Part shown: one piece after another, positions 18,388 to 27,629 of the stretch
How positions within the stretch are numbered: the first letter of the stretch is position 1
Layout of the letters: each line of letters opens with the position of its first letter
Sequence record: NC_028899.1
DNA length: 64,000 nucleotides
Strand: one strand, 5' to 3'
The notes under the pieces: model-generated
The model's input: only the letters and a program-made list of their open reading frames with translations
The model's database searches: none
What the model was told of the DNA's origin: nothing
Translations under genes and position numbers: made by a program

Positions 18388-19230
18388 TTATTCTTCCTCG
18401 GCGTGTGCGATCTGGGATGCACCGTCGGGTTCTCTTTCGAGATCGCATCCTCCACTTTCTTTCTTGCGGAGTCCGTCAACTTCATGGGAATCTTTGAGCT
18501 TGCCATCGGCTTCCTCAGATTGCGTTTTTCGAGCGGCCAGATTTGCGAGACGTTCGTCAATCGCACTCTGGAATGTACGTTCGTTACGACGTTCCCAGAT
18601 GAATACCGTTTTCGCCATCGTCTCGCAGGCCGGACATTTCTCACACGCCACCATCCGGTCATCGACTGATTTCGGCAATTCACAGATCCACAGATCAGGG
18701 ATGATTTCCAATGGCATTTCTGCCAGGATTCGATCCTTCGTCGTGTACATCAGCGGGAACCTTATCGGGATCGGTTCGTACCTGGCGAAGTTACAGGTAT
18801 GTCGCCAGGCCGCTTCCATATCGCCGAGATGAACTGCAAACTGGTCTCCCATCACGTATCCCAGGCAAACTTCTGAATGCCGTTGGCCGTCAGCGGCAAA
18901 TTGCAATCCAAAAGGCCAAACCAACGCCTGCGAAAACGTATGGTCAGGAATGTTATTATTCCATGATTCTTTCCAGCTTCCTGCGTTTGTGCGAGAGGCG
19001 ACGAACGAATCGCCGAGACTGACGATCGTATCCGAGAGAACTTTACGACCCGTTTTGTCCTCGAAGAACTTGATGATCTTCTCGCGTGCTGCGAGCTCCA
19101 TCTCGATCTTTTCTTGGCTCTGCGTTGCCTTGATGTAACAGGTATGGACATCGCCCTGTTCCAATTGTTTCCAGAGCATGTACGAGGAGTCCATACCGCC
19201 GGAGAAGACCAGAAGAGGATGCTTGGCCAT
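18388..19230 (-). CDS. QueC-like PP-loop ATPase (7-cyano-7-deazaguanine synthase family)
   Basis: 280 aa. 'LLVFSGGMDSSY' PP-loop and C-terminal 'WICE...CEKCPAC' four-Cys Zn site. Confidence 0.8.
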   Translation of the reverse strand: MAKHPLLVFSGGMDSSYMLWKQLEQGDVHTCYIKATQSQEKIEMELAAREKIIKFFEDKTGRKVLSDTIVSLGDSFVASRTNAGSWKESWNNNIPDHTFSQALVWPFGLQFAADGQRHSEVCLGYVMGDQFAVHLGDMEAAWRHTCNFARYEPIPIRFPLMYTTKDRILAEMPLEIIPDLWICELPKSVDDRMVACEKCPACETMAKTVFIWERRNERTFQSAIDERLANLAARKTQSEEADGKLKDSHEVDGLRKKESGGCDLEREPDGASQIAHAEEE

Positions 19231-19790
19231 TACTTTCCTTCCTTCTTATTTTCGAATTTGGAAAAAGAATCGAGGTCAGAGAACTTGATCTTCCCTTCCG
19301 GCAACTCCAGTTTCAATTTGTCAGATAACCGAGGACCATCATAAGGCTTCGGGTTATTCGGATTCACATCCGGTCCCTTGAACTTACTGGCGTAAGTGCC
19401 GACTTCCATCAAAGGCGGGTGATCTGCATCTGGCGGAACAACGCCAAAACTCAGACTGCCGTCCGGATTCATCTGACAGTCAATGGCAATTGCAGGACCG
19501 ATCTTGCCGAGCAACTCCATACCGGCTTCGGTAATCGTCGGCCGGTAATTTGGTTTTTGTTGTTCCATTGAAATCACGACTACCTGTCCCTTTGGAAATC
19601 CGCCGCGAAGTGCCGGCATTCGACCGATCTTCGTCGGACCAGGAGGCACTACCAACACCATATCGCGAGGACCGGCATCTTTCGATGCCTGATCGATGCG
19701 CTCCTGGATATCTTTCGGCAATACCGCATGACTGGCTTCCAACAATTCATCGATGATCGGTGGCGTAATGTTTGTCAATTTCTTATCCAT
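19230..19790 (-). CDS. Pro-rich hypothetical protein
   Basis: 186-aa ORF coupled to the QueC-like gene by a TAATG overlap. Confidence 0.65.
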   Translation of the reverse strand: MDKKLTNITPPIIDELLEASHAVLPKDIQERIDQASKDAGPRDMVLVVPPGPTKIGRMPALRGGFPKGQVVVISMEQQKPNYRPTITEAGMELLGKIGPAIAIDCQMNPDGSLSFGVVPPDADHPPLMEVGTYASKFKGPDVNPNNPKPYDGPRLSDKLKLELPEGKIKFSDLDSFSKFENKKEGK

Positions 19791-19804
19791 CTTTCACCTT
19801 CTTT

Positions 19805-20251
19805 TTAAAAGAGAGCCTTGAGCATCTCGGCGACTTTCTTGTCAGCCGACAATGCCAGACAGGTTGAGTGTAGAGCGTGTACATTGTCAAAATGCATCGC
19901 TCGTTGGTCTTCTTCATCCGCTTGATATTGCTTGTATTTCAGCTTCGCACGGATGTTACGGTAATAGGGGAGAATCTCATCCTTACATGCTCGCAGTACA
20001 GTAAGGATGCCCCGATTCGGATCGTCTTCATGAAACAACTTCCGGATCAAGGGAATGTTATCGAGAGAAGGCGGCAGCAGAAGCAGTTCTCGACAAACTG
20101 CCATGCGAATGTATTCATAGCGCGCATGCACTGCGGCTACGCTGATGCCGTAGTCTTTGCCGACACGGGCGAACCCTTTACCTTCGAACACGATTTCTTC
20201 GAAGATTTCGAAATACTTGTTCAGGTTTTCCAATGTCTGCATTATGTTCAC
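19805..20251 (-). CDS. Hypothetical protein
   Basis: 148-aa ORF with an ATGA overlap to the upstream gene. Confidence 0.65.
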   Translation of the reverse strand: MNIMQTLENLNKYFEIFEEIVFEGKGFARVGKDYGISVAAVHARYEYIRMAVCRELLLLPPSLDNIPLIRKLFHEDDPNRGILTVLRACKDEILPYYRNIRAKLKYKQYQADEEDQRAMHFDNVHALHSTCLALSADKKVAEMLKALF

Positions 20252-20436
20252 CGATTCAGATGCGAAACCAGTGTTTCGGCTTCTTCTTGAGAAAAGACGA
20301 CTGCGATTTCGTCACCGCCCGGATCCATGATCCTGAATTGGTCGACGGCAATGAGTTGTTCTGCTCCTCCGACGGGATGGCGGTAATAATCTTCACCGCC
20401 TTCATCTTCCACGTTGATTTGTTCCCATGTATACAT
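20248..20436 (-). CDS. Small acidic hypothetical protein
   Basis: 62 aa from ATG 20436 with a GAGGAG RBS. Confidence 0.65.
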   Translation of the reverse strand: MYTWEQINVEDEGGEDYYRHPVGGAEQLIAVDQFRIMDPGGDEIAVVFSQEEAETLVSHLNR

Positions 20437-20490
20437 CTTGTTACTCCTCATTTTAAAAGTGGATGGACGGCCGAAGCCGTCCCCTGGTGT

Positions 20491-21039
20491 TTACTTCTGC
20501 TTCGGGTAAAGATAAAACACTGAGATCAGGCGACACTCTTTGTCCAGCGTAATCGCTGATTCGCCCAATAGCAGCCGTGAAGCATTTTCAAAACCACGAC
20601 TGCAGGCCGAGATGTAGTCGCTAAGCGACATGATCAACGAGCCGAAGCAGTCTTTCGTTCGGACCTTGCTGTCATCAGAGTCTGATGCAAAGTTCAGCGG
20701 ACAGACCTTTTGATCGATGGGATCCGAATCTGCAATGACTGGGCAGATCCAGTTACTCCCCCGATGATCCTGGATCACTACGAAAGCCGTGAGGTCTCGG
20801 ATCTTGTTGGTTTCGGTATCCAGATACTCCACATACGTTCCTTCCTCACGGGCCTTGAGGATATCCTCATAGATCGTGCAGAACGTATCGGAGTCCGTGA
20901 TCAGCTTCCCGAAGTAGATCAGCGGATTCTGAAAAGGCTCCGGATCTTCCTTGGTGAGCAAAGAGTTCTTCCAAGGGATCGCGGAGGCGGTGGTTACGGG
21001 TTTATCTTCATTCTTAGGTTTATTGACAACAGGGTTCAT
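20491..21039 (-). CDS. Hypothetical protein
   Basis: 182-aa ORF with an AGGTGAG RBS. Confidence 0.65.
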   Translation of the reverse strand: MNPVVNKPKNEDKPVTTASAIPWKNSLLTKEDPEPFQNPLIYFGKLITDSDTFCTIYEDILKAREEGTYVEYLDTETNKIRDLTAFVVIQDHRGSNWICPVIADSDPIDQKVCPLNFASDSDDSKVRTKDCFGSLIMSLSDYISACSRGFENASRLLLGESAITLDKECRLISVFYLYPKQK

Positions 21040-21192
21040 GGTTACTCACCTGTAATTATTGTAAAAACAGAACTGCCTATTGGCAGGCTCTTCCCCCCAG
21101 GTCTAAGCATTATTGCAGACGAGTTATCAAATTACTCGCTTGTCTACAGAACTTCAGTTGGATGATATATTTCTGATTAAATATACAGCAAA

Positions 21193-21231
21193 CATAATCC
21201 CAGGGAACCCTTTCGGGCCCCTGGGATTATT
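21193..21231 (-). terminator. Hairpin + TATG element
   Basis: ATAATCCCAGGG...CCTGGGATTAT stem, with CATA at its left edge. Confidence 0.7.
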
Positions 21232-21252
21232 GTCGTATTGCTTCTTACCTAC

Positions 21253-21696
21253 TTACGCAGCAGGTGGCGCCGTACCAGCAGCCGGCTGTGCCGGCGTCTG
21301 TGGTGCTGCAGCAACGCTCGGTGCTGCGGCCGATGGTGCTGCGGATGCTGAAGCCTGTGAAGTTACTGCGGAAATAAGGGCTTCAGCGTTGGCGATTGCC
21401 TGTGCATCCGTCGCCGATGACGTCAATGTATCGAGACGCTTCTGTTTGATCAGGCGGGAAGCCGCACCGACAAACGAGATGATCGCGATGATGTGCGCCA
21501 GCTGCGGAGGAGCACTTGCGCCGGTCAGCAAACCCGACTGGAGAGCCAGGTTGTACAGATCCGGAGCGGCGCCTACGATGGCGAAGAACCACACCGAGTA
21601 CATCGTGTAGAACTTGCGCCATTCGGAGACGAGTTCGAGACCGATCTTGTTCAGACCAGCTTCGATCTTATCCCCGAGTGTGGAGAAAAAGCTCAT
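21253..21696 (-). CDS. Putative holin with an Ala/Pro-rich tail
   Basis: 147 aa. 'LVSEWRKFYTMYSVW...' followed by two TM segments ending 'ASRLIKQ', a pattern seen in a phage holin family. Confidence 0.65.
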   Translation of the reverse strand: MSFFSTLGDKIEAGLNKIGLELVSEWRKFYTMYSVWFFAIVGAAPDLYNLALQSGLLTGASAPPQLAHIIAIISFVGAASRLIKQKRLDTLTSSATDAQAIANAEALISAVTSQASASAAPSAAAPSVAAAPQTPAQPAAGTAPPAA

Positions 21697-21707
21697 GTTT
21701 GCCTCAC

Positions 21708-22310
21708 TTATGAAAGAACTACGATACCAACGTCCTTGACACGGAGTTCTCCGTTAGGAGGGTACACCATGACGTGAGGAACATTAGCTGCATACTGACG
21801 AACGGTTTCATCCGCATCGTCTCTTTGCCTGGCTTGCTCGTAAAACCACTTGGTCTTGCCGAGATACTTCTTGCACTTGGATTCCATTGCTCCGGGACCC
21901 GTGCCAATGAAACCACGAGCACGCATTTCTTTGTAAAAAGCACGCAGCGCCATTTCACGTTGTTGTCTTGTCATGTGGTACCAATCGAAACGATCAGACC
22001 ACTCATCCATCTCCGGAGTCTCAACGACTTCGAATACCATATCGTGCGGCATGTCAGCCGTATCCACGATATGCATGTAGAGTTTTTGTCCAGACTTCCA
22101 GAACTCGTGTTTATGCTCGAAGATTCTGGCAATGTCTTTCTCGGGAATTGGTTCGATGAAAAGCGAAATGTGGTCGTAGTAACCACCCGGCATCCCATAG
22201 AGTGCCTGATCGGTCACATCTTTCTTGATTGCTTCAGGAGAAAGATGGTGAGTCAGTCGGCTCGTCTTAAGAGTCGCGTATTTCGCTTTCGAGTAATGAT
22301 AGAAAAGCAT
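21708..22310 (-). CDS. Conserved jumbo-phage protein (LYHYSK...YYDHISLFIEPIP family)
   Basis: 200 aa from ATG 22310 with a TAATG overlap. Confidence 0.65.
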   Translation of the reverse strand: MLFYHYSKAKYATLKTSRLTHHLSPEAIKKDVTDQALYGMPGGYYDHISLFIEPIPEKDIARIFEHKHEFWKSGQKLYMHIVDTADMPHDMVFEVVETPEMDEWSDRFDWYHMTRQQREMALRAFYKEMRARGFIGTGPGAMESKCKKYLGKTKWFYEQARQRDDADETVRQYAANVPHVMVYPPNGELRVKDVGIVVLS

Positions 22311-22795
22311 TACTTGATGTCGAACGTCTTGGTTCCGTCGCCTTCTTCCTTGGGCGGCAACACTTCCCACTGAACGAGGATCTCGCGCAGCTTCACCCAG
22401 TCAACGCAGGGTTTACCGTTGCTACCCATCTTGAGCGGAATGCCGATACCAGCATCGTCCACATAGATGGAAGCGTAGACTTTCGGAGAATTGGACCACT
22501 TCTCCTGTTCCGGGTTTTCATTGATTCCCCAGAAGTCCACATTGTTCTTGTTGCAATAGACGACAGCTTCGTGCAGCTTGTCTTCCGATCGCATGGTCAG
22601 AAGAATGAGCTTGATGCCCACCTTCTTCAATTCTTGCAGGACTTCAATAGCCCCTTCATTCGGTTTACCGATGTACGGAAAGTCGTTCTCGACAATCGTT
22701 CCATCGAAGTCGATTGCGAAGATGGTCTTTTCGAATTTCTTCTGTGACTCAGCTTCGTCGACTTGCGTCACTTCGTTAGTGTTAAGCCACGGCAT
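22310..22795 (-). CDS. HAD-superfamily hydrolase (BT0820-like)
   Basis: 161 aa. 'IFAIDFDGTIVE' (DxDGT), 'LILLTMRS', 'KVYASIYVDD'. Confidence 0.85.
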   Translation of the reverse strand: MPWLNTNEVTQVDEAESQKKFEKTIFAIDFDGTIVENDFPYIGKPNEGAIEVLQELKKVGIKLILLTMRSEDKLHEAVVYCNKNNVDFWGINENPEQEKWSNSPKVYASIYVDDAGIGIPLKMGSNGKPCVDWVKLREILVQWEVLPPKEEGDGTKTFDIK

Positions 22796-22845
22796 ATCTG
22801 CACCCTGTTATTTGTCACAAGATCAGGCCAAAAAAAAATATAGGA

Positions 22846-22878
22846 CATAGAATGGATGGGCTTTCGCCCATCCATTCT
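22846..22878 (-). terminator. Hairpin + TATG element
   Basis: AGAATGGATGGGC-TTTC-GCCCATCCATTCT (GAAA loop on minus), with CATAG and an A-tract on its left. Confidence 0.8.
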
Positions 22879-22888
22879 GTACGGCTCG

Positions 22889-23359
22889 TTAGTCCTGAGT
22901 AATCAGGACGTATTCCCACTTATCGGCATTGGGAATGCACCGGTCCTCTGCCTTCTTGTAAGCCGAAGCTTGTTCCCACAGACTCGACTGTTCGATCAGC
23001 GTATGAACGATTGTTACCGCCATGCCGATCTTGTCGAGTTCTTCACGAGTGAGGACACGAATCAACTTGTTATTCGAATCCCACGACTTATGAACGATGT
23101 CGTGAGCCTCGGCCAGAATCTCTTCAACTCCGACCGATTCGAAACCTTTGAGCAACTCCAGACCCACGAGAATCCGGATCTTGAGCGTGATGCGATCTCC
23201 GTTATTGGCGAAACCATCACGATAAGCCAGCAACCGGAAATAGTTGTTCAGCGTCATCGTAATGGAATCGTCCTGGGAGTACTCGAACGTCTTTGCCGAG
23301 TATTCAACTGCACCATCTTGCTTGGGACGGAAGCCTTTGCGGATTTGAGTTTTAGCCAT
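22889..23359 (-). CDS. Hypothetical helical protein
   Basis: 156-aa ORF. Confidence 0.7.
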   Translation of the reverse strand: MAKTQIRKGFRPKQDGAVEYSAKTFEYSQDDSITMTLNNYFRLLAYRDGFANNGDRITLKIRILVGLELLKGFESVGVEEILAEAHDIVHKSWDSNNKLIRVLTREELDKIGMAVTIVHTLIEQSSLWEQASAYKKAEDRCIPNADKWEYVLITQD

Positions 23360-23367
23360 CTTATTGT

Positions 23368-24249
23368 TTACTTAGTTTTGAAAAGTGATACAACGTTTTG
23401 GGGTTTCGGACGAACCATGAGATTCGGGATATCGTCCTTCGATGCATTCATGACTTGCAGCGCCCAGAAGAACACTTTGCCGAGTTGGTTATCGACATAA
23501 GCTTCTGGAATCGCGACACCAGTTGCCATACTGTACGCCATGGCACATTGACGATAGAACGTCTCGTCCAACATGCCGTAGAACTTTACGAGCTTCTCGG
23601 GGTCCTGCCACAGGCCGTGCATCTCAGCCTGATGGATGCTGCCGATCACGCGATCCAGTTCCAGCTTATTGAACATGTTCGACGGGTATGCGACATCACT
23701 CTTGACTTCGGTCGTAAACGCAACGCGCTTTCGTTGCAAGATAACCATCGAAACCAGGTAGTCCAATACCTGCAGACCTTCGTACGCCATACGCTGCGGG
23801 ATATGGGAACCCGTAAACATTGCATTCGCATTGAAGTACGAAATCATGCTCAACTTGACCATGACATTCTTGGTCGTCTCGTTCAGAGCTTTGACGAACT
23901 CTGGATCCTGATTCTGGACCTTCTCCATATTCAGGTTATCCAATAAGAGCTTCGTCATGTCGTGACGAGCAATGACCAACTGCTCGACTTCCAGGAGCCA
24001 GCCGGGCTGAACCTGGGTCGGATAAATCGGTGCGTCGAAGCCGAGTCTGCGATGAGCGATCGTCCCGTCGGGATCCGCTTTTACCGCTTCGAGAACAGGT
24101 GGAAGAGTCTCAAGACTTCCCAACCATTCATATACGCGAATGGCATTAGATGATGAATTGAACTTGCCATCGAAGTCCTTAATGCATCCTTCAATGCTTG
24201 GTAGAACATATTCTTGTTGTCCGAGGTTGATTGTCAAAGGGGTTTTCAT
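23368..24249 (-). CDS. Hypothetical protein
   Basis: 293-aa ORF with a TAATG overlap. Confidence 0.75.
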   Translation of the reverse strand: MKTPLTINLGQQEYVLPSIEGCIKDFDGKFNSSSNAIRVYEWLGSLETLPPVLEAVKADPDGTIAHRRLGFDAPIYPTQVQPGWLLEVEQLVIARHDMTKLLLDNLNMEKVQNQDPEFVKALNETTKNVMVKLSMISYFNANAMFTGSHIPQRMAYEGLQVLDYLVSMVILQRKRVAFTTEVKSDVAYPSNMFNKLELDRVIGSIHQAEMHGLWQDPEKLVKFYGMLDETFYRQCAMAYSMATGVAIPEAYVDNQLGKVFFWALQVMNASKDDIPNLMVRPKPQNVVSLFKTK

Positions 24250-24782
24250 TAATAACTCCGATTCGATAGGCTCTGGGCCAGTACTACGTTTTTGGGAAAG
24301 TCATTGAGGTCGTCAAAATGACTCTCTTGTACGTCCACCCGAAAGGTGAAGTTATTGATCTTCGTCAATTCCGTGACGGCGGTCAGATCACTGGTGTAAT
24401 ACGGATCGTCTTCCTTACCTCGTGCCATCTGATGCGGCATGAAGTAGTATCCTGCACCTTCCAGGCAATCGATGGCTTCTTCACCAGCATCCAGGATGAG
24501 ATTCCTCAAACGCTCTCTATCCAGATGCGAGAGATGGTAACGCCCGATTCCATATTCGTTCATGATACCGAATGACAGGTCTTCCAGATTCTGTCTGCAT
24601 GCTGCAAGGGATCTGGGAAACATGGAACAGGCAGTCATCACCTCTTCGATGAATGCATAAAAGCCCATTGCTCTGAGGAACCGATAGTACTCCGGCCATG
24701 GTTCCGTTCTGGCACGCTCCATTTCTTTATCGTACGCGACGTAGGAGCGTTTTAGCCTTATGACAAAAGTAAGTGTGCTCAT
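24249..24782 (-). CDS. Hypothetical protein (possible paralogue of 24727-25191 and 26858-27238)
   Basis: 177 aa: N-terminal beta strand, acidic helices and a terminal 'FTFRV' strand. Confidence 0.65.
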   Translation of the reverse strand: MSTLTFVIRLKRSYVAYDKEMERARTEPWPEYYRFLRAMGFYAFIEEVMTACSMFPRSLAACRQNLEDLSFGIMNEYGIGRYHLSHLDRERLRNLILDAGEEAIDCLEGAGYYFMPHQMARGKEDDPYYTSDLTAVTELTKINNFTFRVDVQESHFDDLNDFPKNVVLAQSLSNRSY

Positions 24783-25191
24783 TTCGTAATGGATGTTTCA
24801 CTACGATTGCAAAATTGGATCGAGAAACAGGAATGACTCTGACTGGTCTAGTCCCGCGCTCGCGCAGATAATCGAAGAGATGGACATCGTCAAACATCTC
24901 AACGATCGATTCGCATATTGCAAAAAGAATCCCACAGATCTTTGCGTAAGGCTCGTCCTGTGAGAAGATGTGTTCTTGTACGATTCCTTTATCGTAGAGT
25001 TTGCCGATAAAGTATTCGATTTCATTGATCTGCTGGCGTGCTTCTCGCACATTGTCAATGCCTTCAGTTAGAAACTTGACTATTTCCTCCAAGAGATTTC
25101 GGCGATCAACATCTTCAAACATCCCGGACGGGTCGTTATGGCGTATGTAGCGATCTATGTTAAAGATCACGCCAAATCTATACTTCGCCAT
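24727..25191 (-). CDS. Hypothetical protein
   Basis: 154 aa from ATG 25191 with an AGGTG RBS. Confidence 0.65.
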   Translation of the reverse strand: MAKYRFGVIFNIDRYIRHNDPSGMFEDVDRRNLLEEIVKFLTEGIDNVREARQQINEIEYFIGKLYDKGIVQEHIFSQDEPYAKICGILFAICESIVEMFDDVHLFDYLRERGTRPVRVIPVSRSNFAIVVKHPLRNEHTYFCHKAKTLLRRVR

Positions 25192-25204
25192 GATACACCT
25201 AATT

Positions 25205-25358
25205 GAAAAAGACCCCACTCCGGACCCCAATGGGTCCAGAGCGGGCGACACTATGACACGAAACGAGATCAACGGCTAAATCGGATCACCTGCCCATGCC
25301 ATTAGTCCCGAAAGAATAGCTCCGCACAGAGGAGAAAGTGCTGGAGATGGAGCTATTC
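25205..25358 (-). ncRNA. Candidate structured sRNA or attenuator leader
   Basis: Bounded by TATATTAC (25365-25372) and a hairpin plus U-tract (25206-25245). Carries a 10-bp 5' stem, GAATAGCTCC/GGAGCTATTC. Confidence 0.45.
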
Positions 25359-25364
25359 AATTAG

Positions 25365-25372
25365 GTAATATA
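25365..25372 (-). promoter_or_regulatory. phiKZ-type early promoter motif TATATTAC
   Basis: Exact intergenic match. Confidence 0.75.
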
Positions 25373-25385
25373 TCGGTGAAATGCG

Positions 25386-26648
25386 TTACACCGCGGCGCG
25401 GGGGAACTTGATCGGCGGATGCGATTCGTACCAGACTTGGAGGTTCTTCGCCTCGAAGTCTTCGACGCAATCCAGGCTCGGATCGACAATGATGCGTGCC
25501 GGCTTCATCGGGGTACGTTCCAGTTGCTTGTTCACGCCTTCATGCTGGTTGTGGTAGATGTGGTAGTCGCCCATGAAATGGGTGTATTCCCACGGCACCA
25601 TGCCGGTGACTTCCGCCAGCAGATGCGCGAGCAGCGAGTACATGCCGACGTTGAAGACGGTTCCGAGTGGCACATCCTGCGAGCGCGCGAAGCAGGCGAG
25701 CGAGAGCTTGCGACACGGATAGTCGCCACGAACCTTCTCGACTTCCATGAGTCCGGCTTCCGAGAGTTCCAGCGTCGCATCGTTGGACAGGTCATACTGC
25801 ATTTCCTTGCCACCGATCAGACCACGGCGCAGCAGCAGATCGTTCTGGCGCATCTTCAGATACGATTCCAGCTGTTCGTGCGTGAGACCGCGCATACCGC
25901 CGAACACTTCGTCGTACTGCTTCTGGCCTTCGTCGTCCTGATCCAGCATGTAGCGCAGGACCTCGAAATCCGACATCGGGGCCGTATTGACTTGCCACAT
26001 CGAATGACACGGTGCAAGTGCCATACGACCAGCGTCTGCGTTTGCGGCAGGCGACTTCTTCGTATCGGGCAAGAGACCAGCATGCCACACGTTCACGACG
26101 AGACGACGGCTGTCGGGGTTGTTCTTCAGTTCGTTGACGATGTACGCGAGTTGATCGACGCCGCCAGAACCACCCTTCTCGAACGGCTTCGAGCGATCTT
26201 CCAGGAATTGTTCGAAGACGATCATCGCTTGTTCGGCCGTGAATTCGTAATGGCGATCCTTGGCATCTTGAACGGCCAGATCTAGCATTACTGCCAGATT
26301 CTCTTTGTCCTTGCCGCTGAGATTGGTCAAGCCCGTTGTCCAGTTGCGCCACTGCTCACCATACATCGGTCCGATGGTGCGGCTTTCCGGACCTGCCCAC
26401 GCCGACCAGATCTTGTTGTCGCGATCTTCGAGCCAGTCCACTGAGATGATGCCCTTGAGCATCCATTCCAGTTCTTCGGCGATCTTCTTGTACGCCACTT
26501 CGCGCGTGGTCGGAATCGGCCAGATGCCATGACGAATCGAGAACTTCATCATGCCGCCGAATTTCGATGTCGTGCCCGTGCCGGTACGATCGGTCTTCAC
26601 ATCTCCCGTTGCCAGGATTTCCTTCAGAGTGTCCAGGTATTGTTTCAT
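25386..26648 (-). CDS. thyA: Thymidylate synthase with insertions
   Basis: 420 aa. 'DRTGTGT', 'GPMYGEQWR', 'NPDSRRL', 'MALAPCH', 'RSQDVPLGTVFN', 'GDYHIYHNQ'. Confidence 0.95.
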   Translation of the reverse strand: MKQYLDTLKEILATGDVKTDRTGTGTTSKFGGMMKFSIRHGIWPIPTTREVAYKKIAEELEWMLKGIISVDWLEDRDNKIWSAWAGPESRTIGPMYGEQWRNWTTGLTNLSGKDKENLAVMLDLAVQDAKDRHYEFTAEQAMIVFEQFLEDRSKPFEKGGSGGVDQLAYIVNELKNNPDSRRLVVNVWHAGLLPDTKKSPAANADAGRMALAPCHSMWQVNTAPMSDFEVLRYMLDQDDEGQKQYDEVFGGMRGLTHEQLESYLKMRQNDLLLRRGLIGGKEMQYDLSNDATLELSEAGLMEVEKVRGDYPCRKLSLACFARSQDVPLGTVFNVGMYSLLAHLLAEVTGMVPWEYTHFMGDYHIYHNQHEGVNKQLERTPMKPARIIVDPSLDCVEDFEAKNLQVWYESHPPIKFPRAAV

Positions 26649-26857
26649 TTTTTACTCAAAAAAGTCAAAAAAAAATACCACCGGTATATCGGTGGCATGG
26701 GTAAAGAATTACTTCTGACTACGTTCGATTTCCCGACGCATGAATTCTTTTACGCCAAAAGGATCAGGGTCGTCCTTATAGAAATCATAAGCTGTCTTAG
26801 GCGGTGCGGCTTCGATCTTAAAAAACAGAAAAAAGTACGGAAGGAGATTGGTACTCG

Positions 26858-27238
26858 TCATACGCGAATCTCCATTACCGAAAGATAAGTGCCCGGTTTA
26901 ACAATCAGATAATCCGGCAAAGGAATGCAGCTGATTTGTTCCAGATACTTTTTGAAGTACTGCATCGCTTCTTCAACTCGCAGCAAATACGGCATCACGT
27001 CAGCTGGGAGTTTACCGAGTCGTTCTTTGATGTCGATTTCCACGTCGTCAAGAAAGTTACATAAGACGTAATCGAAATCATCACCATTGCGAACCATCTC
27101 GCCTTGGAGGCGTTCGACCAATTCCTCACAGAGTTCGATATAATCGTACTCTATGAAAATGGGCTGTTCTTCAATCAACAAGCGGCCGATACGTTTCTTC
27201 TCGTAACGGTCACCGAGGAGGTAACGGGCTTTTCGCAT
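26858..27238 (-). CDS. Acidic hypothetical protein
   Basis: 126-aa AT-rich ORF. Confidence 0.65.
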   Translation of the reverse strand: MRKARYLLGDRYEKKRIGRLLIEEQPIFIEYDYIELCEELVERLQGEMVRNGDDFDYVLCNFLDDVEIDIKERLGKLPADVMPYLLRVEEAMQYFKKYLEQISCIPLPDYLIVKPGTYLSVMEIRV

Positions 27239-27588
27239 CGTCTTACCAAAGCAAAAAGTGAAAGGGGTGTAGCATTGTGAAATTCGTACTCTGACAACGA
27301 GTCTAAAAGTTCGAACTGTGACAATTGCCGATAAATCTGCTTAGCCAGCTTTTGCAGTTTCTGTATAATCTTGCTGGCCTTTTCAAAAGAATATCCCTGA
27401 GCATAAAGATAGCGTCGTGTGCCGTCCAAGTAGTTCCTTAAAATTTTGGACTGCTTGGTAACACCAAACGCCAGAGATACTCGCAGGTGTTCGTAATAAC
27501 TTTCCAAAAGTTTAAAGAACCGCTTTTTAAAGCGAACGTGTTTCGGATTTGGTCTTTTAAAACCAAAAATCAAAAAAGATGTTTTCAT
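27175..27588 (-). CDS. Basic hypothetical protein (first gene after an early promoter)
   Basis: About 137 aa from ATG 27588, Lys/Arg-rich, AT-rich. Confidence 0.55.
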   Translation of the reverse strand: MKTSFLIFGFKRPNPKHVRFKKRFFKLLESYYEHLRVSLAFGVTKQSKILRNYLDGTRRYLYAQGYSFEKASKIIQKLQKLAKQIYRQLSQFELLDSLSEYEFHNATPLSLFALVRRCEKPVTSSVTVTRRNVSAAC

Positions 27589-27629
27589 GCAAATGAAAGG
27601 TTCGTATGAAACGAACTTACAACAAAGTT

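Noticed and set aside
18388-19230. 7-deazaguanine DNA-modification cluster
   Set aside because: Only the QueC-like gene is present in the window; no folE, queD, queE or dpdA neighbours are visible.
25386-26648. Intron or intein in thyA (and in dnaB)
   Set aside because: The frames are continuous, and I see no intein C/S...HN motifs or homing-endonuclease motifs.
26712-26880. Protein-like open frame without a start after the 126-aa gene (possible +1 frameshift)
   Set aside because: I see no clear slippery site. An ATGA-coupled 36-codon ORF in another frame is an equally good explanation, so neither can be supported.
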